The translations under genes were made by a program, and so were the position numbers. DNA of 64,000 bases from a virus, in IMG/VR virus record IMGVR_UViG_3300027971_000046, positions 9,080-73,079 of that record. One strand, written 5' to 3'. Of this stretch, positions 10,208-19,043 are shown in pieces; within the stretch, counting starts at the first letter, position 1, and every line of letters begins with the position of its first letter. The notes under the pieces were generated by a model. The model was not told the origin of the DNA. It worked only from the letters and a program-made list of their open reading frames with translations, and made no database searches.

Positions 10208-11020
10208 TCACCGCCACTTGTTGTTGTCTTTGGAACGATTGGTGTGGCGAGACACGAGCCGTATGTTCTTTTTCCCGTTGTTCAGCGCGTTTCCGTCCTT
10301 GTGGTCAATCTCGCGTCCATCGGTGCTTTTTCCTTCGCGTCCCATTTTGCGAAGAATACGCTTGCGCGAAGTTTTCTTCTTCATGGCTTTACGCTGCTTG
10401 GGCGTGGGGTTGTCGCCGCCGTACATCTTGGCGTATTCAGCCTTGTAGTCACGGGCTTCGGGAACCATGCCGCGCAGCGGATTGAGCGGATCTTTCCACT
10501 TCATACCCTTGGGTGGATGGGCAGACGCTTCCACTTTGCTCCACGGTAGCACAGCCAGTTTAGCCGTGGTCACCGTGCGCTTGTTCTGAAGCGGTCCTTG
10601 ACCGCTCACCATGCGATCTGTAATCTCATAACCGTACTGCTTGCCAAACCGCCGCATCATGGCACTGTAAACGGCATCGCGCTTGCCTTCGGATGTCTTG
10701 GACACCATGTCAAACTGTTTGGGCAATTCCTCAAATGTTTCGGTATGCCACTTCAAGAACATCTTTACGGCTTCAATCACCGTTGCCAGTATGCGGTACG
10801 GCTTGCCTGCGTGGGTGAGTTCATGTGAGCCGTCAAGCGTGAAGTTGATTTCCCACCCGTTGTTGATCTTTGTAATATCAATGTTCAGGTACTGACCGTT
10901 TTCGGTCTGTGCTTGATAGGTGACTTCAATGGTTGTCATGCCGTGACCGATCCGCTTCATTTCACGCACAGGAAGCGGACGATCAAACAGTTCAGTGAGA
11001 TAGGAGCGAAATGTGTTCAC
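10208..11020 (-). CDS. capsid-targeting-sequence protein with C-terminal HNH-like domain
   Basis: N-terminus MNTFRSYLTE; C-terminus IDHKDGNALNN...NIRLVSRHTNR. Confidence 0.75.
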   Translation of the reverse strand: MNTFRSYLTELFDRPLPVREMKRIGHGMTTIEVTYQAQTENGQYLNIDITKINNGWEINFTLDGSHELTHAGKPYRILATVIEAVKMFLKWHTETFEELPKQFDMVSKTSEGKRDAVYSAMMRRFGKQYGYEITDRMVSGQGPLQNKRTVTTAKLAVLPWSKVEASAHPPKGMKWKDPLNPLRGMVPEARDYKAEYAKMYGGDNPTPKQRKAMKKKTSRKRILRKMGREGKSTDGREIDHKDGNALNNGKKNIRLVSRHTNRSKDNNKWR

Positions 11021-11763
11021 GCTTTACCTCCCTGATACAACTCACCAAACTTGTGCTGTTTGTCCAACCAAACAATGGTGGGTGCTGCCATGCCCCCACG
11101 CGCAATGTCCAACTCATGCACCGTGCCGCCCACTGCGGCGGCTGCTTTACGCGCAAGTGCTTTGTAGATGCGACCACGCGCAGGATTGGCACTGGTCTTG
11201 GTTCCAATGATGATTCCGCGAACGGGATGGTTGTTCTTGACGAATTCACGCGAAGCGTCCACCACCGCGCCAAGCACAGAAGCAGCACCGCCTGTACTCA
11301 ACCAATTCAGGTCTTCATCTGTGCCGCCGCTATCAAATTTCCAATAGAACTTGCTGATGTCCTTGGGTTTTGAGCCAACTGGGTACGGACGGGGCGGCAT
11401 ACGCTCAAGCGATGTTGCGTGGCGAGAAAACGACAACTCGTAGATGCCGTCAGGCTCCAAGCCGTAGAACAGCAAAAATTCAGGGTATTCGTTTCGGATC
11501 TGCACAAGTGGAGTAAACTCCACCGAGTACACATACACTCTTGCTTTTTTTGTGTAGAACTTGTGCAGGCTGTCAAAGTGATTCTCTGGCGTGACTTCCA
11601 ATTCCTTTTCCACCCACTGCGTGAGTTTGCTTCCACGATCAGGAACAGGTATCAAGCGACCGTCTTTTTCCTGCACATGAAAAATGAATTGATTGTAGCC
11701 CATGCGTTGCAGGGAAAACTTTGTGTCAAACAGTTCGGTGAGATATGAGCGGAAGTCTATCAT
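11017..11763 (-). CDS. capsid-targeting-sequence protein, unknown function
   Basis: N-terminus MIDFRSYLTELFD; partly similar to the 10208 product. Confidence 0.7.
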   Translation of the reverse strand: MIDFRSYLTELFDTKFSLQRMGYNQFIFHVQEKDGRLIPVPDRGSKLTQWVEKELEVTPENHFDSLHKFYTKKARVYVYSVEFTPLVQIRNEYPEFLLFYGLEPDGIYELSFSRHATSLERMPPRPYPVGSKPKDISKFYWKFDSGGTDEDLNWLSTGGAASVLGAVVDASREFVKNNHPVRGIIIGTKTSANPARGRIYKALARKAAAAVGGTVHELDIARGGMAAPTIVWLDKQHKFGELYQGGKA

Positions 11764-12770
11764 ACGGCTTTACGCTTCACCTTTCCGTGCAGTTGACGGG
11801 AGAAAATTTCGGAGCGGTAGTCCACAGCCTTGTCGGAGTATGTGGTGTAGCCGCCCTTTACCCACGAATCAGCGTAGGTCATCTGATTTCCGCCTGTCAT
11901 CTGCGACAACTTCAAATTCGTGACTTCAACGGTGTCACCCAAACGAATGGGCGGCAACCCTTCCTTGCGATCCGCTGTGCCAATGTAGCCCATGAGCATC
12001 CAGCCTTCATCGGTCTGAATGCGAACACGCCATCGCCACACGCTCATCTTGGCATCATACGCTTTCTGACCAGGAGTATCCACATACGGACTCTTCCCAT
12101 CTCGTTCTCCAATGCGGAAGCGCGTGTTCCTGTACTTCTTGGTCTTTACGGGAATATCAAACACAGGATGCAACTGCACAATCTTGCCGCTGATGTTGAA
12201 CGGCTTACGAAAGTACTCGGGTTTGGGCTGCGGTGTGTCGCCTTGTTCCACGCCTTCTTTCACGGTTTTCTTCTGACCAATCCCGTACTTCTTCAAAATT
12301 GCATCTCGCTTGGCTTGCAGTTCTCGCTGCCGTGGTGAAGCGGGCATGGTTTTCAGGATTTTAATTGTCAGGCGATTTGCTTCTTTGCGGTCTTCAGGCG
12401 ACATCACAGCCCACGGATCTTTGAAATCCTTGAAGTCATGTGAGGTTTCATTTTTGACCCACTGCATTACCATAGCCTTGGCTTTCGCTAGTGTATCCAC
12501 GACCTCATCAGGCTGTCCACCTTCACGCACTCTGCGAATGAGATTTGCTTCGGGACCACCATCCTCTTCATACGATGCACCACTGCCATCGTATATGCAG
12601 TATAACTTCTTGCCTATCGGGGCATACCCGCGATACTCGTTGCATTTGGAAATCATGTACTTGCCGTGGCTTGTGATCCATGTGTTTGGACGCTTGCCTT
12701 TCACGATGGTAACCGCAGCAGCCTCTGTGATTTCTACGCGCTCCTGCATGAAATGCGAAAACCCTTTCAT
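11760..12770 (-). CDS. capsid-targeting-sequence protein, unknown function
   Basis: N-terminus MKGFSHFMQE; ATGA overlaps on both sides. Confidence 0.7.
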   Translation of the reverse strand: MKGFSHFMQERVEITEAAAVTIVKGKRPNTWITSHGKYMISKCNEYRGYAPIGKKLYCIYDGSGASYEEDGGPEANLIRRVREGGQPDEVVDTLAKAKAMVMQWVKNETSHDFKDFKDPWAVMSPEDRKEANRLTIKILKTMPASPRQRELQAKRDAILKKYGIGQKKTVKEGVEQGDTPQPKPEYFRKPFNISGKIVQLHPVFDIPVKTKKYRNTRFRIGERDGKSPYVDTPGQKAYDAKMSVWRWRVRIQTDEGWMLMGYIGTADRKEGLPPIRLGDTVEVTNLKLSQMTGGNQMTYADSWVKGGYTTYSDKAVDYRSEIFSRQLHGKVKRKAV

Positions 12771-13336
12771 ATCGCGCCCTCCACATCCATGTCAACCACT
12801 GTGTAGCCAGGGAACATACGCGCCAGATTGTTTGCCACGCGATTCTTGCCGCGTTGAAGCGCACGATCACGCAGCAGATTTTGTCCTGTTGCCGCAGAGA
12901 TAAGCGAAACGGTCTTGCGGAAACGGTCAACGCGACCCTGATAGTCAGGCATACCGCTTCCGTTGGTTGATCGTTCAACCGCACTACGATATTCAGGAAT
13001 ATCGTGGTGTATCACATCAGCGGTTTGGTGTGGCGGAATTTCCCACACTATGATCTTGCCGCCGTCCCACCACCACAACAGCGGCAAGTACTGGCGCAGA
13101 GTCTTGACATCATTGGTTGGCGGCAGTCCCCACTTCTCAAGCCAACGAGCGTTGGGATTGTCGTGACCTGTTGAATCGTAAGCCGCATAGGTCTTGCCGT
13201 CATAGGTGGTTTCAGCACGCAAACGCTGAAGCGTCTTTGCAGCGGTTTTCTTGTAGCCGCGTGGCTTCCGTGCGCCCTTTACGGCTTTGGTCTTGGAGAT
13301 CACGGCTTCGCGTAGATGTTGAGTAAAAGACTTCAT
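12767..13336 (-). CDS. capsid-targeting-sequence protein, unknown function
   Basis: N-terminus MKSFTQHLRE. Confidence 0.7.
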   Translation of the reverse strand: MKSFTQHLREAVISKTKAVKGARKPRGYKKTAAKTLQRLRAETTYDGKTYAAYDSTGHDNPNARWLEKWGLPPTNDVKTLRQYLPLLWWWDGGKIIVWEIPPHQTADVIHHDIPEYRSAVERSTNGSGMPDYQGRVDRFRKTVSLISAATGQNLLRDRALQRGKNRVANNLARMFPGYTVVDMDVEGAI

Positions 13337-13845
13337 GCGATTTTCCTTGCGCGTTTTACTATTTCAGAGTGATCGAATGCAAGTTGAGGCATTTTGTTCA
13401 CGGGAAACCACTCTGCTGCGCTTGCATCATCTGCACCGCGAACCCGTGGATTGAAGCCCTTCGGAAGCGTAACGGTGAACGCATGGGAGCGCGACCACGA
13501 TTCTGCACTGTCGCGTGGATCGCGTCCACCACCCTCGAAAACTCCGATATGCTTTATCATTCGCTGCTGTGCAGGGGTGAGTCGCAGTCCTGTTTCTTCT
13601 TCCAATTCACGAACCGCTGCTTGCAGAGGCGATTCCGCCCCACCCTTCCACTCTTCTCCGCGCTGTGCCGTGGTGTTGATGAAGCCACCAGGGATTGCCC
13701 ACTTGCCGCCTTCCACGCTGCCAGTCTTGCGCTTGATGAGCAGCAGTTCTTTTCCGTTCGCGCCTTCACGAAACACCACAAGATCCACCGTGGGATTTGC
13801 ACCACGAAAAAAGTATTCTGTGATGTGGACGCGAAACGACTTCAC
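13333..13845 (-). CDS. Nudix hydrolase (ADP-ribose pyrophosphatase/NrtR-type) with capsid-targeting N-terminus
   Basis: Nudix box GGF...AAVRELEEETGL, GRDPR, GADDA, LAFDH; GTG start overlapping the upstream TGA gives MKSFRVHITE. Confidence 0.85.
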   Translation of the reverse strand: MKSFRVHITEYFFRGANPTVDLVVFREGANGKELLLIKRKTGSVEGGKWAIPGGFINTTAQRGEEWKGGAESPLQAAVRELEEETGLRLTPAQQRMIKHIGVFEGGGRDPRDSAESWSRSHAFTVTLPKGFNPRVRGADDASAAEWFPVNKMPQLAFDHSEIVKRARKIA

Positions 13846-14567
13846 GATGCGGTTCTCCACTCGTTTGGATTGTACCGCTTGAAATCCGATAGTCCGCGAT
13901 TCAGTCCAACGCGCTCCACCACGACTGTGTTGAAGTTGCCACCGCTCTCGCTGATCTCGCGCAGTGCTGCACGAATGGAGTCGCCGTTGATGCCTTCCAG
14001 TGACGGTGAATTTCGTGCGCTTCCCGAGTACACCTTCAGCCAGCCCTTCATGTACGCAAGCCGCTGCACTTCATACGCCAGATCAATGTCTGTCTTCAGA
14101 ATGCTGTCGCGCACACTTTCGGCTGTGTGTGCCTGTGGAGTGCCTTCGCTGTCGTACCAATTCATGTGGCGCGACACCAAATGCTCTGCTTCCTTCAGCA
14201 GTCCCCCATTCAGTTCTGCGGTGGAGATGCCGAATGCCCGTGGAGTCTTTACAATCTGCGTGACATGGAAGCCACTGGTGAACAGGAACCACTGCTTGGT
14301 GGGATGCCACCAGCCTGGCTTCATGTTGTAGCCGCCACCGCTCCACGGAAACGGCTGACGCGCCGACTGTGTGCGGTGCTGTGCTTGCGACTTTGCAAGA
14401 GCCTTTGCGGCTACCCGTGCCATGACTCCACCGTAAAGCCGTGCTTGCCGCCGCTCGTATGCAATATCTGCACGACTACGCGCTCCACTGGTAGCGGGTG
14501 GCGTGTACGCATTGGGGTTGTCCTCAATGGCGAGGCGTTCGGTAATGTACTGGCGGAATGTCTTCAT
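13842..14567 (-). CDS. capsid-targeting-sequence protein, unknown function
   Basis: N-terminus MKTFRQYITE, 5 nt downstream of CTAAATA. Confidence 0.7.
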   Translation of the reverse strand: MKTFRQYITERLAIEDNPNAYTPPATSGARSRADIAYERRQARLYGGVMARVAAKALAKSQAQHRTQSARQPFPWSGGGYNMKPGWWHPTKQWFLFTSGFHVTQIVKTPRAFGISTAELNGGLLKEAEHLVSRHMNWYDSEGTPQAHTAESVRDSILKTDIDLAYEVQRLAYMKGWLKVYSGSARNSPSLEGINGDSIRAALREISESGGNFNTVVVERVGLNRGLSDFKRYNPNEWRTAS

Positions 14568-14572
14568 ACGGA

Positions 14573-14579
14573 TATTTAG
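14573..14579 (-). promoter_or_regulatory. T4-type late promoter (CTAAATA) for the CTS operon
   Basis: resembles T4 TATAAATA; the same core recurs upstream of many late genes in this window. Confidence 0.65.
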
Positions 14580-14633
14580 ACCCAAAGAAAAACCCCCTTG
14601 CGGGGGTTGATCGTTTGCCAAGGTGGACTGCAT

Positions 14634-15179
14634 TTATTTACTCTTCAGCACTGCGCCTATCGTCTTGTGGAGCCGCTTGTGGGCTGCTTCACCCGCCGCG
14701 CCCCCCACCATGCGCGATTCGTCCAGGTCACCGTGGAAGGTGTCCCAGTTGTCGATCACGATCTGTGCAGACGAGCCGCCCAGTACCATGCTGGGAACGC
14801 CGTTGCGCTTCAGGATTGCCCCTACCTTCGCACGGAGTGTGCCCCCACGGATGGAGGAGTCGCCCATCACGGGACGCAGTGCGCCGACCGCCTTCGGGGG
14901 AAGCCCTTCCATGAAATCGTGCAGTGCGGCTTTCACCCCGCCTTCGTGGAGTACGCTTTCGGTCTTCAGGGGTTCGCTCACGCGGGGAGTGGTGGGGTTC
15001 GCCTTTGTGGGCACAGGCTTCTTGCCCAATTTGTCCCCGTACTTGTCGTACCGTGTGCCAGCCTTGCTTGGCGGAATGGGAGCAGGAGTCTTTTCCGTTG
15101 TGATTTCAGCAATTACCGCTGCCAGATCGCTGCGGTTTTCGGGGGTACGGAACGGGAATGGGTCAAGAAATGGTTTCAT
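14634..15179 (-). CDS. hypothetical protein
   Basis: GAGGAG RBS before MKPFLDP. Confidence 0.6.
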   Translation of the reverse strand: MKPFLDPFPFRTPENRSDLAAVIAEITTEKTPAPIPPSKAGTRYDKYGDKLGKKPVPTKANPTTPRVSEPLKTESVLHEGGVKAALHDFMEGLPPKAVGALRPVMGDSSIRGGTLRAKVGAILKRNGVPSMVLGGSSAQIVIDNWDTFHGDLDESRMVGGAAGEAAHKRLHKTIGAVLKSK

Positions 15180-15409
15180 TGTGGCTTCTCCTCTTGTGAA
15201 ATTATGTAGGCTTCCACAGGGTCTTCTGCCTGTGACCACTGCCACAGTCTGTTGAACAATTCTCGCCGTTTCTCACAGCCATCACACTCCCGAATGCCTA
15301 GAGCGTGTGTCAGAGCGTGTACAGCGTCACCTAGACCGCGAACCGCGTTCTGGGCGTCTGGCAGGGGTTTCGTCCCATTATTTGAAATTTCACCCCCACT
15401 TTCACCCAC
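15176..15409 (-). CDS. small Cys-containing phage protein
   Basis: GLGDAVHALTHALGIRECDGCEKRRELFN resembles a recurrent small phage family. Confidence 0.45.
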   Translation of the reverse strand: MGESGGEISNNGTKPLPDAQNAVRGLGDAVHALTHALGIRECDGCEKRRELFNRLWQWSQAEDPVEAYIISQEEKPQ

Positions 15410-15463
15410 CTTCTCCCACCCTTCGGAAACGGTGTAGAAATAGGGGAGCGTGTGTGGTGGCGT

Positions 15464-15748
15464 TCATTGGGGTCCGTACTTCCTACCACGCAGCGATGCA
15501 GCGCGATCCAGATTTTCACGGTAACGCTTGGGTAGACCCGCCCCCATTTTCCGCGTTAATTCTTTGAATTGCGAGCCTGGTCCTGCCGTAGCGTCTGCTC
15601 CCATCACAGGAACGCTGATGCCGCGCTGCACACCACGCTTCTTGCAAGCGGGACACGGCTGCTTGCACGGCAGGTCGCGGTCGTCTATTTTATGAATGGT
15701 TTCGAAAGCGTGGGCGCACTTCGCGCAAGAGTACTCATAGGTGGGCAT
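15464..15748 (-). CDS. FmdB-family zinc-ribbon protein
   Basis: MPTYEYSCAKCAHAFE...PCPAC. Confidence 0.85.
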   Translation of the reverse strand: MPTYEYSCAKCAHAFETIHKIDDRDLPCKQPCPACKKRGVQRGISVPVMGADATAGPGSQFKELTRKMGAGLPKRYRENLDRAASLRGRKYGPQ

Positions 15749-15784
15749 AGTGTAGTCTCCTCTACACTATGTATGGCTACGGGA

Positions 15785-16204
15785 TCAGCACCCCCGTGCG
15801 AGTTTCCTCATGTACTTGCGGTGTTCCCGCATCAGTACACGGCGTGGAATAGGCAATTTAAATTGCTTGCACAGTTCTAGAGCCTCGCGCTCGGTCTGTC
15901 GCTCTAGTGTCAGGTAGTCCTGTTCCCACCAAATAGGGTCGTCCCGCATCCACTGCTGAAAGTGGGCGTACTCATGGGCTAGGGTGTACAGCCAGTCGGA
16001 AGCCTTGCGACCGCCCACGGCTACACGCAGTTGACCGCTCTGCCCCTTGCGATGCCACGGCTCAATGAAATACCCTTGGCAGCGTTCACCGCCGCCGTTG
16101 ACTTCGTAGCCACTAGACAGGGTAAAGCGCACATTGCACTTTTTGCACTGTGAGCGAACGGTCTTGAGAAAGTGTTGAACTCGGGGATTGGTCATGTAAG
16201 CCAT
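15785..16204 (-). CDS. HExxH metallopeptidase-like protein (ImmA/IrrE-like)
   Basis: TLAHEYAHFQQW...ERQTE; GGAGG RBS. Confidence 0.65.
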   Translation of the reverse strand: MAYMTNPRVQHFLKTVRSQCKKCNVRFTLSSGYEVNGGGERCQGYFIEPWHRKGQSGQLRVAVGGRKASDWLYTLAHEYAHFQQWMRDDPIWWEQDYLTLERQTEREALELCKQFKLPIPRRVLMREHRKYMRKLARGC

Positions 16205-16504
16205 TGGGAATCCTCCTGTTATGCCTACTGTATGTTGCTATTCTACCGCACCCAAAATTTCAAGAATAGGGGTGGATCAATACTTGAATGCGAAACAATA
16301 TTTGAAAGGTATGGGTTTCGAGATCGAGAGTGTCGAGCGGGGTTCTTGAGGCATTGCGGGAATGGGTGAAGTGTGTCGCGGCTCGTGCGCTCGTGCAGGC
16401 GCGTGCGGGCAGCCGCCCCCCGTACAGGTTATCGGACTCGCTGTCCCCGTAAGTCCTGTATTCCCAAGGGTTTACGCAATCTATATTTGAATCCCCTGTT
16501 TCGC

Positions 16505-16533
16505 TTGCAAATATGCCCATTTTCCAGTACAAT
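16505..16533 (+). promoter_or_regulatory. sigma70-type early promoter
   Basis: TTGCAA-N17-TACAAT, ATG 6 nt downstream. Confidence 0.7.
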
Positions 16534-16539
16534 TTGGGT

Positions 16540-18921
16540 ATGTCTACGCCTCTCGTTTCCACCGTCCCGACCGCACCCACCACCGCCAAGTCCATGCTGG
16601 CGCGTCTGCTGGCTACCGAAAACATTTCGGTGCAGCATGAGAACATTCCCACGGCATTTTTTGATCTGAAGGCGCGTAGCCTCCACCTGCCCATGTGGTC
16701 GGGTGTGAGCATGAACCTGTACGATATGCTTGTGGGTCACGAAGTGGCTCACGCCCTGTTCACGCCGCAGGACGGTTGGCGCGATGCCATCGACTCCGTG
16801 AGCGCGGCTACGGGTTGCAACAAGACCCTTGCCAAGTCGTACCTGAACATCGTGGAAGATGCGCGTATTGAGCGCATGATCAAGGCGAAGTTTCCTGGTC
16901 TCCGCGCTGACTTCATCAAGGGCTACGCCACGCTGAACGAGCGCAAGTTCTTTGGCGATCTTTCGAATATTGGCGAGATGTGCTTTGCTGACCGCATGAA
17001 CCTGCACTACAAGTGCGGCGTTCACATTGGCACGGCGATCCGCTTCAGCGCGGAAGAGCAGGTGTTCGTTAGCCGCGTGGACGCTGCCAAGACTTGGGCG
17101 GATGTGGTGAGCATTGCCGAAGACATTATCCGTTGGGAGCAGTCGCAGCAGCAGGAGCAGGGCAACCAGCCCCAGCCGCAGGACGGCACTGACAGCGAGG
17201 GCGAGGGCGAGGCGCTGCCGTCCGACAATGACGGCGAGAACGGTGACGCGCAGGACAGCAGCGCGGACGGCATGGACATTGACGGCGAGGAGTCGCAGGA
17301 GCAGAACGGTTCTGGCAAGTCTACTTCGGACACCACCGAAGGCAAGGAGCAGAAGCAGCAGGACGGCAAGGCTTCGAACAACGGCGGCAATGACAGCGCA
17401 CAGAGCGGCAGCGACAACGCTGTTGCTGACGGCAAGCCTGAAATGGGCGAAGACGCTGGCGATGACGCTCCCATGCCCACCACGAACAATGCGCTTGAGG
17501 AATCGCTCAAGACGCTGAACGCTGATGAGGGCGACTCGCCCAACCGCGTGATTCGTCTGCCCATGCCGTCCACTGATGCCAAGGAAATCGTGATTGATTT
17601 CACCCGCATCATGGCTGACCTGAAGGCTACGGGTTTCTCGCAGTACATGAACGGCAAGTTCAACATCGCGGACTACACCTCCGCTACCGCTACGATGGCG
17701 ACCGCGTTCAACCGCAAGAAGGCGGCTGATGTGTTCCGCCGCTCCACCGTGGCAAAGACGGGTGCATTGGATACGCTCCGCATGAACCAGTACAAGTGGA
17801 CGGACGACATCTTCCGCCGCACCACCCGCGTGGCTGAAGGCAAGAACCACGGCATCGTGATTCTGCTTGACTGGTCGGGTTCAATGAGCGGCATCATGCA
17901 GTCCACCATTGGTCAGTTGCTTATTCTCACGGACTTCTGCCGCAAGGTGGGCGTTCCGTTCGAAGTGTACGCTTTCACGAACACGCCGTACATCAAGGCG
18001 GAAAAGGTTCCGCACTACGGCACTCCCGAGTACGACCAGTATTGGAAGAACGAACACGCGAAGCAGGACGCTCGTACCGATGCGCTTTCGTTTGCCGCGA
18101 TGAATCTGCTGAACTTCCTGTCCTCGCGCATGAAGGCTAACGAGTACGAGGCTATGAAGTCGGCTATGTGGAATTGGTCGCGCATGAGCGGCTACGATCT
18201 CCGCTTCGCCATGAACAGCACCCCCACCCATGCGGCTCTGCTGTACGCATCGGAGATCGTTGGCAACTTCATCAAGCGCAACGGCATTCAGATTGCCCAC
18301 ACGGTGGTGCTGACTGACGGCGAACCCACGGACGACATTGATTTCTCGTTCAACCGTTGGGCGCGTTCGCAGGGCAAGGAAGCCTACGGTTCGGATTGGC
18401 GTGACTCGTACCGCAGCGCGGTGGTGATGAATGACCCCGTGACTGGCGCGTCTTACGATGTGCAGCGTGTGCATGGCAAGACGGGCAAGTACTACACCTA
18501 CGGCAATGTGGTGTTCACTGGCGAAGGACGCAACCACACCACGCAGGTCGCGCTCGACATTCTGCGCCGCCGCACTGGCTCCAAGATCCATTGGATCGGT
18601 CTGACCGAGCGTAGCCGTGCCATCCAAGCGGAGAACTACGGCATGACTGCCGCCAAGGGCAGCAATTGGAAGCGTGACGGTTTCATCCGTGGCGCGGTTG
18701 CGGGTTGGGATTCGGCGGTGATTGTGAACGCCGAGCGTTTCCTCCGCAACACGGACGGCAGCGTGTCGGCAACCGCGCAGAAGTTCCTGACTGCTGCGGA
18801 GTCCAAGATGGACAACGCTGCCACGAAGTCCACGCTTGCCAATGCGTTCATGGAAACGCAGATCGCGCAGGGTTCGCTCCGCACGGTCGCGTCCATCATC
18901 GGAGACTACCTCGCGGTCTAA
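16540..18921 (+). CDS. peptidase/VWA-domain protein (CobT-like partner of MoxR ATPase)
   Basis: GHEVAHAL and NIVEDARIE metallopeptidase motifs, acidic linker, MIDAS LLDWSGSM and LTDGE. Confidence 0.85.
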   Translation: MSTPLVSTVPTAPTTAKSMLARLLATENISVQHENIPTAFFDLKARSLHLPMWSGVSMNLYDMLVGHEVAHALFTPQDGWRDAIDSVSAATGCNKTLAKSYLNIVEDARIERMIKAKFPGLRADFIKGYATLNERKFFGDLSNIGEMCFADRMNLHYKCGVHIGTAIRFSAEEQVFVSRVDAAKTWADVVSIAEDIIRWEQSQQQEQGNQPQPQDGTDSEGEGEALPSDNDGENGDAQDSSADGMDIDGEESQEQNGSGKSTSDTTEGKEQKQQDGKASNNGGNDSAQSGSDNAVADGKPEMGEDAGDDAPMPTTNNALEESLKTLNADEGDSPNRVIRLPMPSTDAKEIVIDFTRIMADLKATGFSQYMNGKFNIADYTSATATMATAFNRKKAADVFRRSTVAKTGALDTLRMNQYKWTDDIFRRTTRVAEGKNHGIVILLDWSGSMSGIMQSTIGQLLILTDFCRKVGVPFEVYAFTNTPYIKAEKVPHYGTPEYDQYWKNEHAKQDARTDALSFAAMNLLNFLSSRMKANEYEAMKSAMWNWSRMSGYDLRFAMNSTPTHAALLYASEIVGNFIKRNGIQIAHTVVLTDGEPTDDIDFSFNRWARSQGKEAYGSDWRDSYRSAVVMNDPVTGASYDVQRVHGKTGKYYTYGNVVFTGEGRNHTTQVALDILRRRTGSKIHWIGLTERSRAIQAENYGMTAAKGSNWKRDGFIRGAVAGWDSAVIVNAERFLRNTDGSVSATAQKFLTAAESKMDNAATKSTLANAFMETQIAQGSLRTVASIIGDYLAV

Positions 18922-19007
18922 AAACCGCAGTTTTTCACTAATAGCGTAAAGTCCTTTACTACAAGGGGTTACAGCAGATATTATCGGACGCGCTGTCCCC
19001 GCAAGCC

Positions 19008-19036
19008 TTGAAATACAGGCAGAAATGCAGTAGAAT
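19008..19036 (+). promoter_or_regulatory. sigma70-type early promoter
   Basis: TTGAAA-N17-TAGAAT, ATG 7 nt downstream. Confidence 0.65.
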
Positions 19037-19043
19037 AAACCAC

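Noticed and set aside
10208-10450. HNH homing endonuclease or intron
   Set aside because: Short HNH module fused to a leader-bearing protein; no interrupted gene or intron structure visible.
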